DNA of 64,000 nt, taken from NCBI RefSeq assembly GCF_006345805.1, contig NC_043001.1, positions 35,340,001 to 35,404,000 on the forward strand. The letters run 5' to 3'. Each line of letters opens with the position of its first letter. Positions within the stretch are counted from its first letter, which is position 1. The DNA is from Octopus sinensis (taxonomy: Eukaryota). Below the pieces are notes generated by a model, which was given only the letters and a program-made list of their open reading frames with translations, was not told where the DNA came from and made no database searches. Position numbers and translations under genes: made by a program. Positions 40,453-52,386 of the stretch are shown here, in pieces.

Positions 40453-41105
40453 AGGCGCATGGCTCAGTGGCTAGAGCGTCAAGCTTACGATCGTGAGGTT
40501 GTGAAAAAACTACAGAAGGCTTGTTGTATAAGTTTAAAGAATATATTTAAATCGTTATGCTAGAAGAATGTTATAAAATTTTTCATACAGTAACATAGTT
40601 TTTGAAGAAATTACCGGTTTCGTGTTAACTTTTCATTCTTCTAACATAACGACTTAAATATATTCTTTAACCTTATAAAACAAGCCTCTGTAGTTTTTCA
40701 TTTTTTTATTTTATATATATATATTATATATATTATATATATATATATATAGATATATATAATATATATATAGATAATATATAATATATATATATATAAT
40801 ATACATACATTATATATACATGCATAATAACATATGTAAATAATATACAATACAAAACCCGGGCGCGTGGTGTGTTCTTGAGCAGACACTTTATTTCAAG
40901 TTGCTCCAGTTCACTCAGCTGTAGAAATGAGTTGCGACATCACAGGTGCAAGCTGTATCACCTGTGCCTTTCCCTTGGATAACACTGGTGGCGTGGAGAG
41001 GGAGGCGGTATGTATGGCCGACTGCTGGCCTTCCATAAACAACCTTGCCCGGATAACATTCTAGGTGCAATGCCAAGGTCAGTCATGACCGAAGGAGGGG
41101 GTCTC
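40453..41105 (+). mobile_element. SINE-D split at its B-box by a MITE and an AT tract (pieces 40453-40503 and 40857-41105)
   Basis: Head AGGCGCATGGCTCAGTGG..GAGGTTGTGA; the body resumes at CCCGGGCGCGTGGTGTGTTCTTGAGCAGAC and ends GGGGGTCTC. Confidence 0.8.
40502..40700. mobile_element. MITE-like element, ~68-bp terminal inverted repeats
   Basis: TGAAAAAACTACAGAAGGCTTG..TAGAAGAATG versus CATTCTTCTA..CAAGCCTCTGTAGTTTTTCA. Confidence 0.85.
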
Positions 41106-41127
41106 AATATATATATGTATATATAAT

Positions 41128-41171
<44 letters not shown>

Positions 41172-41987
41172 AAGCGAGAGAGAGAGGGAGATACATACAC
41201 ACATACATACACACATACACACGGCCTATATCAATACATTAACGTAGACGTGATCCATAATTTTTAGCAAATAATATATTGTAAACTCAACACTGCATTT
41301 CCTTGTCTTACCTAAATATTATTAACTCTGGATGCTGAAACAAAAATTAGGCGTTTTGATAATGGGTTGAAAGTATCCTTTAATCAGCAGACAATACGTA
41401 GCATTTATATAGGAAAAGAAAAGAGCGAAACATTTTAGTTGCCTTGTGTATTTACTAAACGAATTTCGAATTCTCAAACTTTAAACATCATGTTTACAAA
41501 ATATGATTTAACCGCTGTAAGAAAACGGAGCAAAATACTAAGTGACAACACGTGTTTCTTTGTTATAGGTTTGCTTATGTCAGCGACTAGTTGTCTTACA
41601 GTATATGCGCTTCTGTGCCTTATATGTGTACGAGCGTGTGGGTATATAGTTTAAGCCTATGTCCTGATGGGTGTGTATGGTTAATCGGAGTGTCTGCAAT
41701 ATCATTTATAACATTTATTTTTAAGGAAAAGCATTCTTTCACTATAGTTCGAGTCATTTTAAGGAATTCCTTAGACAATTGTAGTAAAATATCTTTGAAG
41801 AGTAATTGGCAAAATGGGTACCCACCCGCGCAAACATAGAAAAGTATACATTCAGAGTGAAGATTATACAATTATACACGTATGTTAGAAAGCGTATAAG
41901 TGTGTAGACACACACACATACACACACACACACACACATGTATATATTTATATACACACACACACATGCATATACAAACTCAACTCT

Positions 41988-42022
<35 letters not shown>

Positions 42023-44115
42023 GTTCATATACACACTCACAAGGGCATTCTCTGTATGAGTAATGTACGATTGTGTATTTATTTAATCATAGTTTATGCA
42101 TGTACAAAATCCCAAGATACATGCACATACACACACATACATGCATTCATAGACACGTAAAATAATTGCATGTGTGTGTATATGGCTATATACATATGTG
42201 TGTGTGTATATATATTATATTATATATATATATAATATATATAATATATATATACATACACACAAATATATATATGTTTTAAGAAAATCTATTCACCATA
42301 TACAAAACAATACACTGAAGACTTTTATACAACACGCACACACACATATATACATATATACATACATACATACGTATACATGTATTTCTACACGTATATA
42401 CATATAACTCTGTGCCTGTGCTTCTGCGTGTTTGTGTGTGTGTGTGTGTGTGTGTTTACAAACACTTGTACATGTACTTCCTTTATACTGTTTTTCAAAG
42501 ATGACGCCATTTTCTTTCTTAACACAAAGTTATTGCAAACAAGTGCCTAGTTCCATAAAATCCAATGCTTTTCTTAAAGACGATAGCAGCATTAACAATG
42601 TAACTTAATAGATTTACATTTGTCTGGATTTAGATAGAATAACAATGAACAATAGAATATGTTTAACAATGATGTTGAAACTAGGAATTAATATTTGCTA
42701 ACGTCAATGTTTTGGCTGCTGAGATGATTTAAACATGTTCGAAAAATGGTACATTCATAGGAAATAGGGTAATGTCTTTGGCCTCTTGCAGGGCCTGTGG
42801 GAGCATTAGGGAAGAAAGAGAAGCAGGAAGCACGGCTCACTTGTTCTGGCATAGAAATCACCACATGAATTTCAGAAGATATTCTCAAAACGGAGAACTT
42901 GTTAGGAATGCTTTCAAAAACTGCATCTCGCAAAACGCAGACAAGAGCCTGCAGAGATATTAAGTAGGGATACAGATCAGATCTACTAGCCGAAAAGTGG
43001 TACTGTTTTACAGACTTCTACAAATTCTCTGTCTACCAAATTTCACCCAGAAAATGCAGGAATCATTCTGAAGATTTTATAGAACGCATTTACCAATATT
43101 ATCGAGCAGTTTGTTCGAAACTACAACCACGTGGTTGTGAGCGAATTTTTATATTTCTGTATATTCCATATAAAACCGCATCATATTGTGTTTGTTATAA
43201 AGCCCTTCGTATAGATTGTAATTGTCATTGACCTTCAGACTTGATTAGAGATCGGATATAAATAATGGATATTTATGATGTAAAACAACATCGATTAGAA
43301 AGTAACGGAAAAGTGTCTACTTTCAATGTCTAATGGCAAAAACCAAATGTTGTTTGATGTTTAATTATCTCTCTCTGTATTAGGTTTGTAACTCGATGAC
43401 AATTTCTTTGAACTAAGGACACACCGGAAATATATTGGCTGGTGTGATTGATGTTACAGTTAAAATATTATGATCCAGTATCAAAAGAGAAGGAATCAAA
43501 TCATACGAAATTAATAAAGGCAGTTAAATAGATAGATACATTGACAGAGATATAAAAATTACATACATATCTATTTATCAATCTATCCATAAATATATAC
43601 ACATATATATGTGTGTATCTATGTATGTATACATGCATGTATGCATATATGTATTAGAGTTAAGTCAATTAACTAACCTTTAGACCTAAGTTCCTGGCCT
43701 TTTTTGAAGTGCCAAAGTCGTTATTGCTTCAGTAGAATGATTGTCGCCTTTGTTGCGGTTTATATTCCTGGTCTTGATGATATCATTTTGAATCTTGGGG
43801 GATATCATCTCTGCTTTTAACACTTCTGGTTTTGATAGCACGTCGTACCAGTCATGTGATAGAGATGATGGCATTGACTTAGAAACTCCTCTAAATGTAA
43901 GGCCGTGTCCTCCGGGTAGAAACTTACTATCGTTACTCATTGCTTTTTTTGTTCTGGTTTTTATGGCTGCGTTAAAATCCCACCAGTTTTAACTTTGTAT
44001 TTTATCCCTCAACAGTAAATAGAATCAAATACCGCTAAGGTACTGACACTACAAATGCCAGGTCTCAGGCGTTGTTTAGAAACAATCATGTGCTTGTGTG
44101 TTAGCGTACATATGA

Positions 44116-44165
<50 letters not shown>

Positions 44166-44172
44166 ATGTGTG

Positions 44173-44212
<40 letters not shown>

Positions 44213-44322
44213 GTATGTGCGTGTGCATGTGTGTCCATATTGAGATACATATTATCTCTGAAAAGGATATTCGTGAGAAAGAAAAGGATCGTTAATTGGA
44301 GGTGTTTAATTCTGCTCATACC

Positions 44323-44856
44323 GGTACTCCGTCGGTTCCGACGACGACTGTTCTAGTTGATCCAATCGACGGAACAGCCAGCTTCCGAAATTAACATGCA
44401 AGAAGATGAGCACTCCACAGATACGTACCCATAACGTAATTCTCAGGGTGATTCAGCGTGACACAGATTGTGACAAGGCTAGCCATTTGACTGGTATAAA
44501 CTCTTCTCTGCCAGCCGAGGGAACCGGGACAACGTGAAATGACGAGTCTTGCACAAAAGCACAAAGCATCACACGGTCTAGGAATCGAAACCACAATCTT
44601 ACGGTCATGAGCGCAACACGCTAACCACCAAACAACGCGCCTCCAAATATTCTTCTCATGAGTTATGTTGATTTATAAGGACCGGTTTCCCAGTTTCTAT
44701 GGCGCATATATTCTCCTTTTTGTCAGCTGAGTAAAGTGGAGCAACGTGAAATGAAGTGTTTTACACTAGAACACAACGCATCGCCTGGTCCAGGAGCCGA
44801 AACCACAATCTTACGATCATGAGTCCAACACCCTAACCACTAAGCCACGCGTCTCC
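44323..44856 (-). mobile_element. Two tRNA-Arg-like SINEs: 44323-44644 (D-like head with SINE-C tail) and 44676-44856 (SINE-D)
   Basis: 44323-44490 is the reverse complement of the 28740-28920 tail; both heads show CGAAACCACAATCTTACG.TCATGAG. Confidence 0.75.
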
Positions 44857-45614
44857 GCGAGGTAACCTATTGATGAACCACCAAGCGGCAACACTACTGA
44901 TCATATACCAATAATAAATTTTACTCCCCTTTGTACTGAGCTTTCTCTTCTTTTATTCATTTAAATTGGCCATAAAGGCCTTACAAAGAAAGGAATCTGC
45001 TGGCTGGACACAGACATAATGAGATGAAATGATAGACGATATGATAATAATGAGGGCAACAGCAACGCCAGCCGATTGCTGTTTACCCGAGCACATTGTT
45101 CTTTATAAGTACCATATTTGAGGCAACAAACCTCTTACATAACAAAACATCAAGGAGGCAAAAAAAAACCTTAAATTTTTACAACACAAAAAGCCATTGT
45201 GAGGCAATAAACCTCTTACGCAAGTCAATCATAAATCAATGAAACAATACAATTGAGGCACCAAGCCTCTTACTTTAATTAATTACAAATCTTTCTACCC
45301 GACCAGATTTCTCGCCTCAGTTAAACATCTGGATGGCGCCAAGTCGGGCCACTTTAGCATAAATCTGAAGGTATCCTTGAGGAAGGAGTTCATTATCCTG
45401 AACAGGTCGTTCTCCCCCATGACCTTCTCAGCCACCTGCGAAGGCCAGTCGGGTCCTCCGTGCAGGACAGAATCCCTTCCCTTCGGCCCTTCGTTTTAAG
45501 CTTCATAACAAGCTTTCTATTCTTGCTTATTCTAATTTAAAATACGTGATATTTTAACAAGCAAATAGATCGAACAGCTGAGCAACAGCAGGGGTAATAA
45601 GCTCAGTAAATACA

Positions 45615-45890
45615 AGGCGACGAGCTGGCAGAATCGTTAGCACGCCGGGCGAAATGCTTACCAGTATTTCTCTGCTGCTACGTTCTGAGTTCAAATTCCG
45701 CCGAGGTCGACTTTGCTTTTCATCCTTTCGGAGTCGATTAAATAAGTACCAGTTACGCACTGGAGTCGATATAATCGACTTAATCCGTTTGTCTGTCCTT
45801 GTCTGTTACGCACTGGGCTCGATATAATCGACGTTTGTCTGCCCTTGTTTGTCCTCTCTGTGTGTAGCCCCTTGTGGGTAGTAAAGAAAT
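45615..45890 (+). mobile_element. SINE-A, tail 1, with 20-bp TSD and an internal ~50-bp duplication
   Basis: TAATAAGCTCAGTAAATACA at 45595-45614 and 45890-45909; TTACGCACTGG..TCGATATAATCGAC occurs twice. Confidence 0.95.
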
Positions 45891-46409
45891 AATAAGCTCA
45901 GTAAATACATCAGATACCACAAGAAATATTCCAATATGAAAATACCATAAAGAATTGAGATTGTATGAAACAAAGGCATACAAACAACTGAATAACTAAA
46001 TACGTAAACAAAGACATCTTTAAATAATACAAAAGGGATTGTTTTAAACGATATATTAACACTAATAGTGTATAATTTTAAAACCCCACTAAAACTGAAA
46101 TTGTTTTCCTTAACAGCAAACAATACGTGTGTAATTACCATTGTGATTTATAAATTCGATTACAAGCGGCAAGTTGTAAACTTGATAACTCTAACAGTTA
46201 TATTAGTAAATGAAGTATACCGTTTTGTAAATGTAGTGCACTTCACTAAACAATACAAAATAAATGCAGATAGGAAAGCAGCAGTGAACAATATAACTAC
46301 AGACTATAGAATTCCTCACAAAAATAGACGACTAATGATGCCACGATTACGCGGGATAATGCACAATATGGTAATAATAAACCCAATGAATATGCGTAAA
46401 AAAATTATA

Positions 46410-46740
46410 TGATGGACAGAATGCTTAGCGGCAATTCGTCCGTCTTAACGTTCCGAGTTCAAATTCCACCGAGCTCGATTTTTTTTTCATTATTTCGGGA
46501 TCGATAAAACAAGTAGCAGTTGATGACTAGGGTCGATATAATAGACTTATCACTTCCTCATCAACTTTGTTGATCTAATGCCAAAATTTGAAACAAATAT
46601 TATTTAATCATTTAAGGCGGTGAGCTGGCAGATTCGTTCGCGCATCGGGCAAAACCATTAGCGGTATTTCGTCTGTCTTTACCTTCTGAGTTCAAATTCT
46701 GCCGAGATCGATTTTGCTTTTCATCTATTCGTGCTCGATG
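46410..46740 (+). mobile_element. Two degenerate SINE-A copies (46410-46590, 46614-46740)
   Basis: GAGTTCAAATT motif in both; second head AAGGCGGTGAGCTGGCAG. Confidence 0.75.
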
Positions 46741-46963
46741 TATCAAATATGTATGTAAGTATGCATGCTTGCATATACGTATGTTTCAATAAGGCATTGC
46801 AATACTAATAACCTTGTACAAAACGCAATATGGTTAGGCTTCAAAACGAGTACAGAGCGGTAATAACAAAAGGATATAAAAGAATAAACGATTATCACAT
46901 GAATATGCATATTCATATCCACATACATACACAAACAGACATATATATATATATATATATATA

Positions 46964-47224
46964 TCATATGGGTGTCTTATAGAACTATTCCGCACATACA
47001 ATAATAACAGCTATACCAGCAATCCAATACCTCCATCATATATATATATATATATATAATATATATATATTATTGTAGTGCTGTTGACACCTCCGGATTG
47101 AAAGATACTGCCCATGTGTCGAAACCATAGTGATATCCGTCGGACAGCTGATGATGGAGGTATGTTGGATTGCTGTATAGCTGTTATTATTGTATGTGCG
47201 GAATAGTTCTATAAGACACCCATA

Positions 47225-47228
<4 letters not shown>
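46964..47228. mobile_element. MITE-like element with ~76-bp inverted repeats inside a (TA)n tract
   Basis: TCATATGGGTGTCTTATAGAAC..CCTCCATCAT versus ATGATGGAGG..GACACCCATATGA; only two small indels between the arms. Confidence 0.9.
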
Positions 47229-47285
<57 letters not shown>

Positions 47286-47910
47286 GTGTGTGTGTGTGTG
47301 TGGTGTGGACCCGAATTTGACTGCAAATCCCAGTTCATTATGTGCACAGACAGGGGTGGGATTCTGGGAAGAAATAGCAGTGATATGGCAGTGACAGCCA
47401 TAACACCGGCATACATTATATATGGATCAAGATTTTGTGTAGGTGTATGCATACCAGATATCATATATATGGCCAGTACTAACTCCAGGTCACGACAGAC
47501 AGAGAAGATACTCTTTGCAGCTGAAAATCTGAACTTACGAAGACAATATTTACATATCGCCAGAGGAAATACAACTAGATCTCATAAAGCAAGAAAACGG
47601 TTACATAATCAAGTACCTGTACACCTGTCGAACTACGTTTCGTAGAAACAACTAAAGTGATTGAAAATAAATGCTCAACTGTACTCCTTCTTGTTGAGTC
47701 CAATTTATTTTCAATTATCTATTCACACACGACAGAAGCCCAAACGCAAACCTGGAAGTACTATCATATTAATACTGGAAAGCACAGGGTGAAATCAGGA
47801 GGTGGACAAGCATTTTACTGTACTAGGTTCTTAGCAGAATATACCATCACTATATACATATACATATACATACACATACATACATACATACATACATACA
47901 TACATACACA

Positions 47911-47942
<32 letters not shown>

Positions 47943-47952
47943 TGTATATGTG

Positions 47953-48325
47953 CAGGCGTGGCTATGTTTTAAGAAAGTTTACTTCCCATCTACATGGTTC
48001 CGGGTTCAGTCCCATGCATAGCAGCATGGTCAAGTATGGTTTCTGTTCTGACTAAAGTCGATTTGTTAGGCGGAAACTCAAGGAAGCCCATCGTATAAAT
48101 ATGTCTAGATGTGTCTTTTTGTCAATGTCTGTCTCCCTCACCACAGCTTGACAACGGGAGCCGCTGTGTTTACGTTTTCGTAACTTAGCTTTTCAGCAAT
48201 ACAGAACGATAGAATAAGTACCAGCCTTTAAAAAATAAGTATTAGGATCGACCCGTTTAACTATCATTTCTTCAAGGCAGTGCCCCAGCATGGCCGCAGT
48301 CTAATGACTGAAACAAACAAAAGGT
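47953..48325 (+). mobile_element. SINE-B, old diverged copy
   Basis: CCGGGTTCAGTCCCA..ATAGAATAAGTAC..CCAGCATGGCCGCAGTCTAATGACTGAAAC. Confidence 0.75.
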
Positions 48326-48701
48326 AAAATATAAAATATGTATGTATGTTTGTAATTAATAATATCAGGGTAATAAAAATTTTAGAAATTTTTACTACCA
48401 TTGGCCTAACATATAAAAATATTAGTCAATACAGTATATATTATTCATAAAAAATACATTAAGAGGTTTCCATCATAGGAATCCTTTACGCTAGAAAGAA
48501 CAGCTAAAGTCCAAACCGCCAATTAGGGATAAATTCTCGAAGGGAATGAAAAATAAACGGAAAGAGATGGTAAATGTTTTTATTTTTCGTTCCCTTTGAG
48601 AATTTATCCCTAATTAATGATTTGGACTTTCGCTGTTCTTTCTAGCGTACAGGTTTCCTATGACGGAAACCTCTTAATGTGTTTAAATGTACACTGTATT
48701 T

Positions 48702-48733
<32 letters not shown>

Positions 48734-49042
48734 TGTATGTATGTATGTATGTATGTATGGATGGATGGATGGCTGAATGGATGGAAACGTGTATCATCTA
48801 GTTAGATAAGTTTCCTTTCATGAGCAAAATAATATATGTGAGATAACGTGTTGAAGAAATGAATGAGAAAAGAATATGCCTAAATGTCTTCATCGTTTGT
48901 AGATAACTAAGATTTAAAAGTATAACCTGATACATGCGAGCCAATTGTGTTGCTGTGTTAGAAAATGGGAAGGAAAAAGAGGAACTATTTCTTTATTCCA
49001 TCCAAAATAGTGTGCGTTATTCGGATTTTTTCTAGCAATATC

Positions 49043-49076
<34 letters not shown>

Positions 49077-49082
49077 ATATAT

Positions 49083-49141
<59 letters not shown>

Positions 49142-50244
49142 ATATATATATATTTATAATCTGTCCTCAGTATTGTACGGGCACACACGCACATTCCTAT
49201 AGTTATACAGAGAGACACACGCACACAAACACAATCCGCCACATACACACACTCACATATACTCACACATCTATCTACATGTATACACAAGCTCTGTCTC
49301 TGTCTACACACACATACATACACGCGAGCTCGCACACACATAGATATATACATAATCTTGATATGATTTGATTGTAGCAATATATTTTGGATTTAATATG
49401 ATATTTTAGAATATGTAATAAAATTCCTTGGAACATTTTGATTGATATAATCTGTTTTGAATACATGATATTATATTTTGGAATGATTGGATTGTATTAA
49501 TGTACTTTAGGAATGTATTAGCTGTAATATTCTTCATTTTATTCTCATCTTATGCATACACACACCTTACACACATACACACACACGACGCTCATATATT
49601 CTCATATATATATACACATCATTATGAGTAATCATATAAATATATATATATACATCTACATATGTATATATTTATATATATGTAAATACACATATATATG
49701 AATGTATATGTTATATGTATGGATGAATGTATATATATATATATATATATATACATAATTTATAATATAAGGGCAAAAGAAAAATTTTAATGCCAAATAT
49801 GCCGAAAAAAAGATAATAGTTGTCAATAAACCATTATGATTTATGCGTCTCGAAACAAACCGATAGAAATCTCTAAAAAATTCGTTATTACCATATTGGT
49901 CCAATTTCGGGGTTAATTCGTTCTGGGGTACTCAGTTCTGCTCGGGACTTAGTGCTTGCTTTTTCCGTGGGTATGAGTAAGTATTTCACTTATATCTCGC
50001 GTATTTGCCGCTGGAGAGGGGAAAATTATTTATAAATTTAACCTTTAAAGGTATTTTTTGATATCCAGGCCATTGATAAAATTATTTTCCCGAAAAAAAT
50101 TTTATACTACATTAGTTATATATATATATATGTATATATGTATGCATGTATGTATGTATGGGTGTGGTTGTTTATATATATATATATGTATGGATGGATG
50201 GATGGATGGATGGATGGATGGATGGATGGATGGATGGATGTGCT

Positions 50245-50287
<43 letters not shown>

Positions 50288-50570
50288 TATGCAGTGGTTT
50301 AGCATTATATTACCCCACAAAATATATAATTGTCTTTGAGTATGGTTGAGGGTGTTGCAACACATAGAATGCTAGAAATAAATAAGAGCTAAAGCGTTCT
50401 GTTGCTGCGGTCAAAGTACATAATTCTATGCATGCATACTGACAGGGACCGTAAACGGCCGAAAGCGGTAGTCGATATCTCTATGCTGTTGCACATTTTC
50501 CTCTTTAACTCCGGATCCTCTGCTATAAGCACACGAGATATATGTGTGTATATAAATACATATTCTATAT

Positions 50571-50645
<75 letters not shown>

Positions 50646-50796
50646 AACATATATATATATATAATACAATGAGGAAAAGAGAAGTGGATACAATAATAAT
50701 TGATGGACTTTGTAGTTCACAGCGGTTATCTATTTTGGCCATCTCTGTAACTATAGAGAGCTCAAGAAAGTATTCACTTATATACTTCTATATACT

Positions 50797-50840
<44 letters not shown>

Positions 50841-50928
50841 TGGCGACTCCGACTTGGCTCGAGTATAAATTTGATGAAGTGAACGTGCATTTGCAAGCTG
50901 ATTTAATTTCTACCAACACTGACTTCAA

Positions 50929-51209
50929 GTGTACAGTGCTCAGGTGCACCACAACTTGTCAAAAGTGCGCATAAAGCATATGCGGTAATGTACAAATGTC
51001 TGGAAAGTTAACAGTGTATGAGTCAGATACATGCTTGCGGGTGTATGGAGGGTAGAAAATCAGGTGTAGTGTTGGCGAATCTCAGGAAGCATGGAAGTTT
51101 TGAAGGATGCAGTGCTCCGACAACTAACAACTGATGCCGGCAGTTTGTTCCGTACTTCAGCATCTCTGAGCGTGACAAAATGCTTCCGAAAGTCATGGGA
51201 GCTGCGCTG
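50929..51209 (-). pseudogene. CR1-clade LINE 3' end
   Basis: Minus strand reads SHDFRKHFVTLRDAEVRNKLPASVVSCRSTASFKTSMLPEIRQHYT*, matching the CR1 C-terminal pattern RxxFF..WNxLP..VV...S...FK, followed by a short 3' UTR. Confidence 0.75.
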
Positions 51210-51210
51210 T

Positions 51211-51383
51211 TATCATCATCATCATCATCATCATCGATATTATCATTGTGGTTGTCGTCCTCATTAATATCATCGTCGTCGTCGTCATGGGCATTACCAT
51301 CATCGCTGTGATCGTCGTCAGCGTCATCAGTGCCGCCGCATGACAGTTGTTTTTGTTGCTGGTGGTCATCATCATCATCATCA

Positions 51384-51432
<49 letters not shown>
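51211..51432. repeat. Degenerate (CAT/CGT)n followed by (ATT)n
   Basis: Visible directly. Confidence 0.9.
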
Positions 51433-52244
51433 GCTTTACCAGTTTTCAGTGATCTTTACTTCAAAGTCTTTATCTGTGTCGGTTATCTCAGTTCATATAG
51501 TCCATGCTATTTATTTATCAAATGTGGAACGGCTGTACTTCACCCGTAAACTTTCCAACTGGGATTTTTATAACAACTTTGCCTATTAATCCATCTCCAA
51601 CGCAGTCGTTCTGAACCCTACTTTATCCTAATACCCAAAGGCGTGGTTTCAGTTAAAAAATGTTATCCACAGGCAGACGAAAACAACACCAAAATAATAA
51701 CAACAACAAGAATGATAACCTCATTTATTTGCCACCAGAGTCCATTCATACGTACAATAAATGGGTTACAGAGATTATGAGAAAAACGGGTGGGTATAAC
51801 GAAAAAAATTATGTAAAAAATAAAAGAAGGAAAGAAAACATTTATAACATTGTATTAGAACATACTAATTTTTGAAAAAAATTTATAACCAATAATTACA
51901 CTAAATAATTAAATACATATGCAAAACAAAATTATTGTTATATTTCGGGTCATTTGTTTTTATCGTTTCTTTTTGCCAAATAAACATTTTCAGTTTTATT
52001 ATTGTTATGTCAGTGTCCTTTGTCTGAGATGTTCCATCGCACGTCCTGTGACCTCTTCAGCGGCTCTCCATCCCACGTATCACCTCCTGTTCTGTTTGGT
52101 CCATTCTGCTTGGACTAGTCCCGAAATATAACAAAATCTATTTCAACACCGATTGCTGTCGTTAAAGTACATAATTCTATGCATACATACTAACAGGGAC
52201 CGTAAACGGCTTTAACTCCGGATCCTTTGTTATAAGGACACGAG

Positions 52245-52275
<31 letters not shown>

Positions 52276-52342
52276 TGTATGTATGTATGTAGTATGTATG
52301 TATGTATGTATGTATGTATGTATCTATGTATATGCATATATA

Positions 52343-52386
<44 letters not shown>

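Noticed and set aside
43686-43990. Protein-like minus-strand ORF preceded by DFNA, resembling an APE endonuclease GDFN motif
   Set aside because: It needs a frameshift to restore the motif, and other APE motifs are not evident; BLASTx would be needed.
45118-45273. CRISPR-like repeat-spacer appearance
   Set aside because: Only four irregularly spaced, degenerate repeats in eukaryotic DNA with no cas genes; kept as a stem-loop array instead.
47078-47156. CTGTTGA..GTGTCGAAAC and CTGATGA inside the MITE as a hammerhead
   Set aside because: Stems I and III cannot be formed; the pairing reflects the inverted symmetry of the element.
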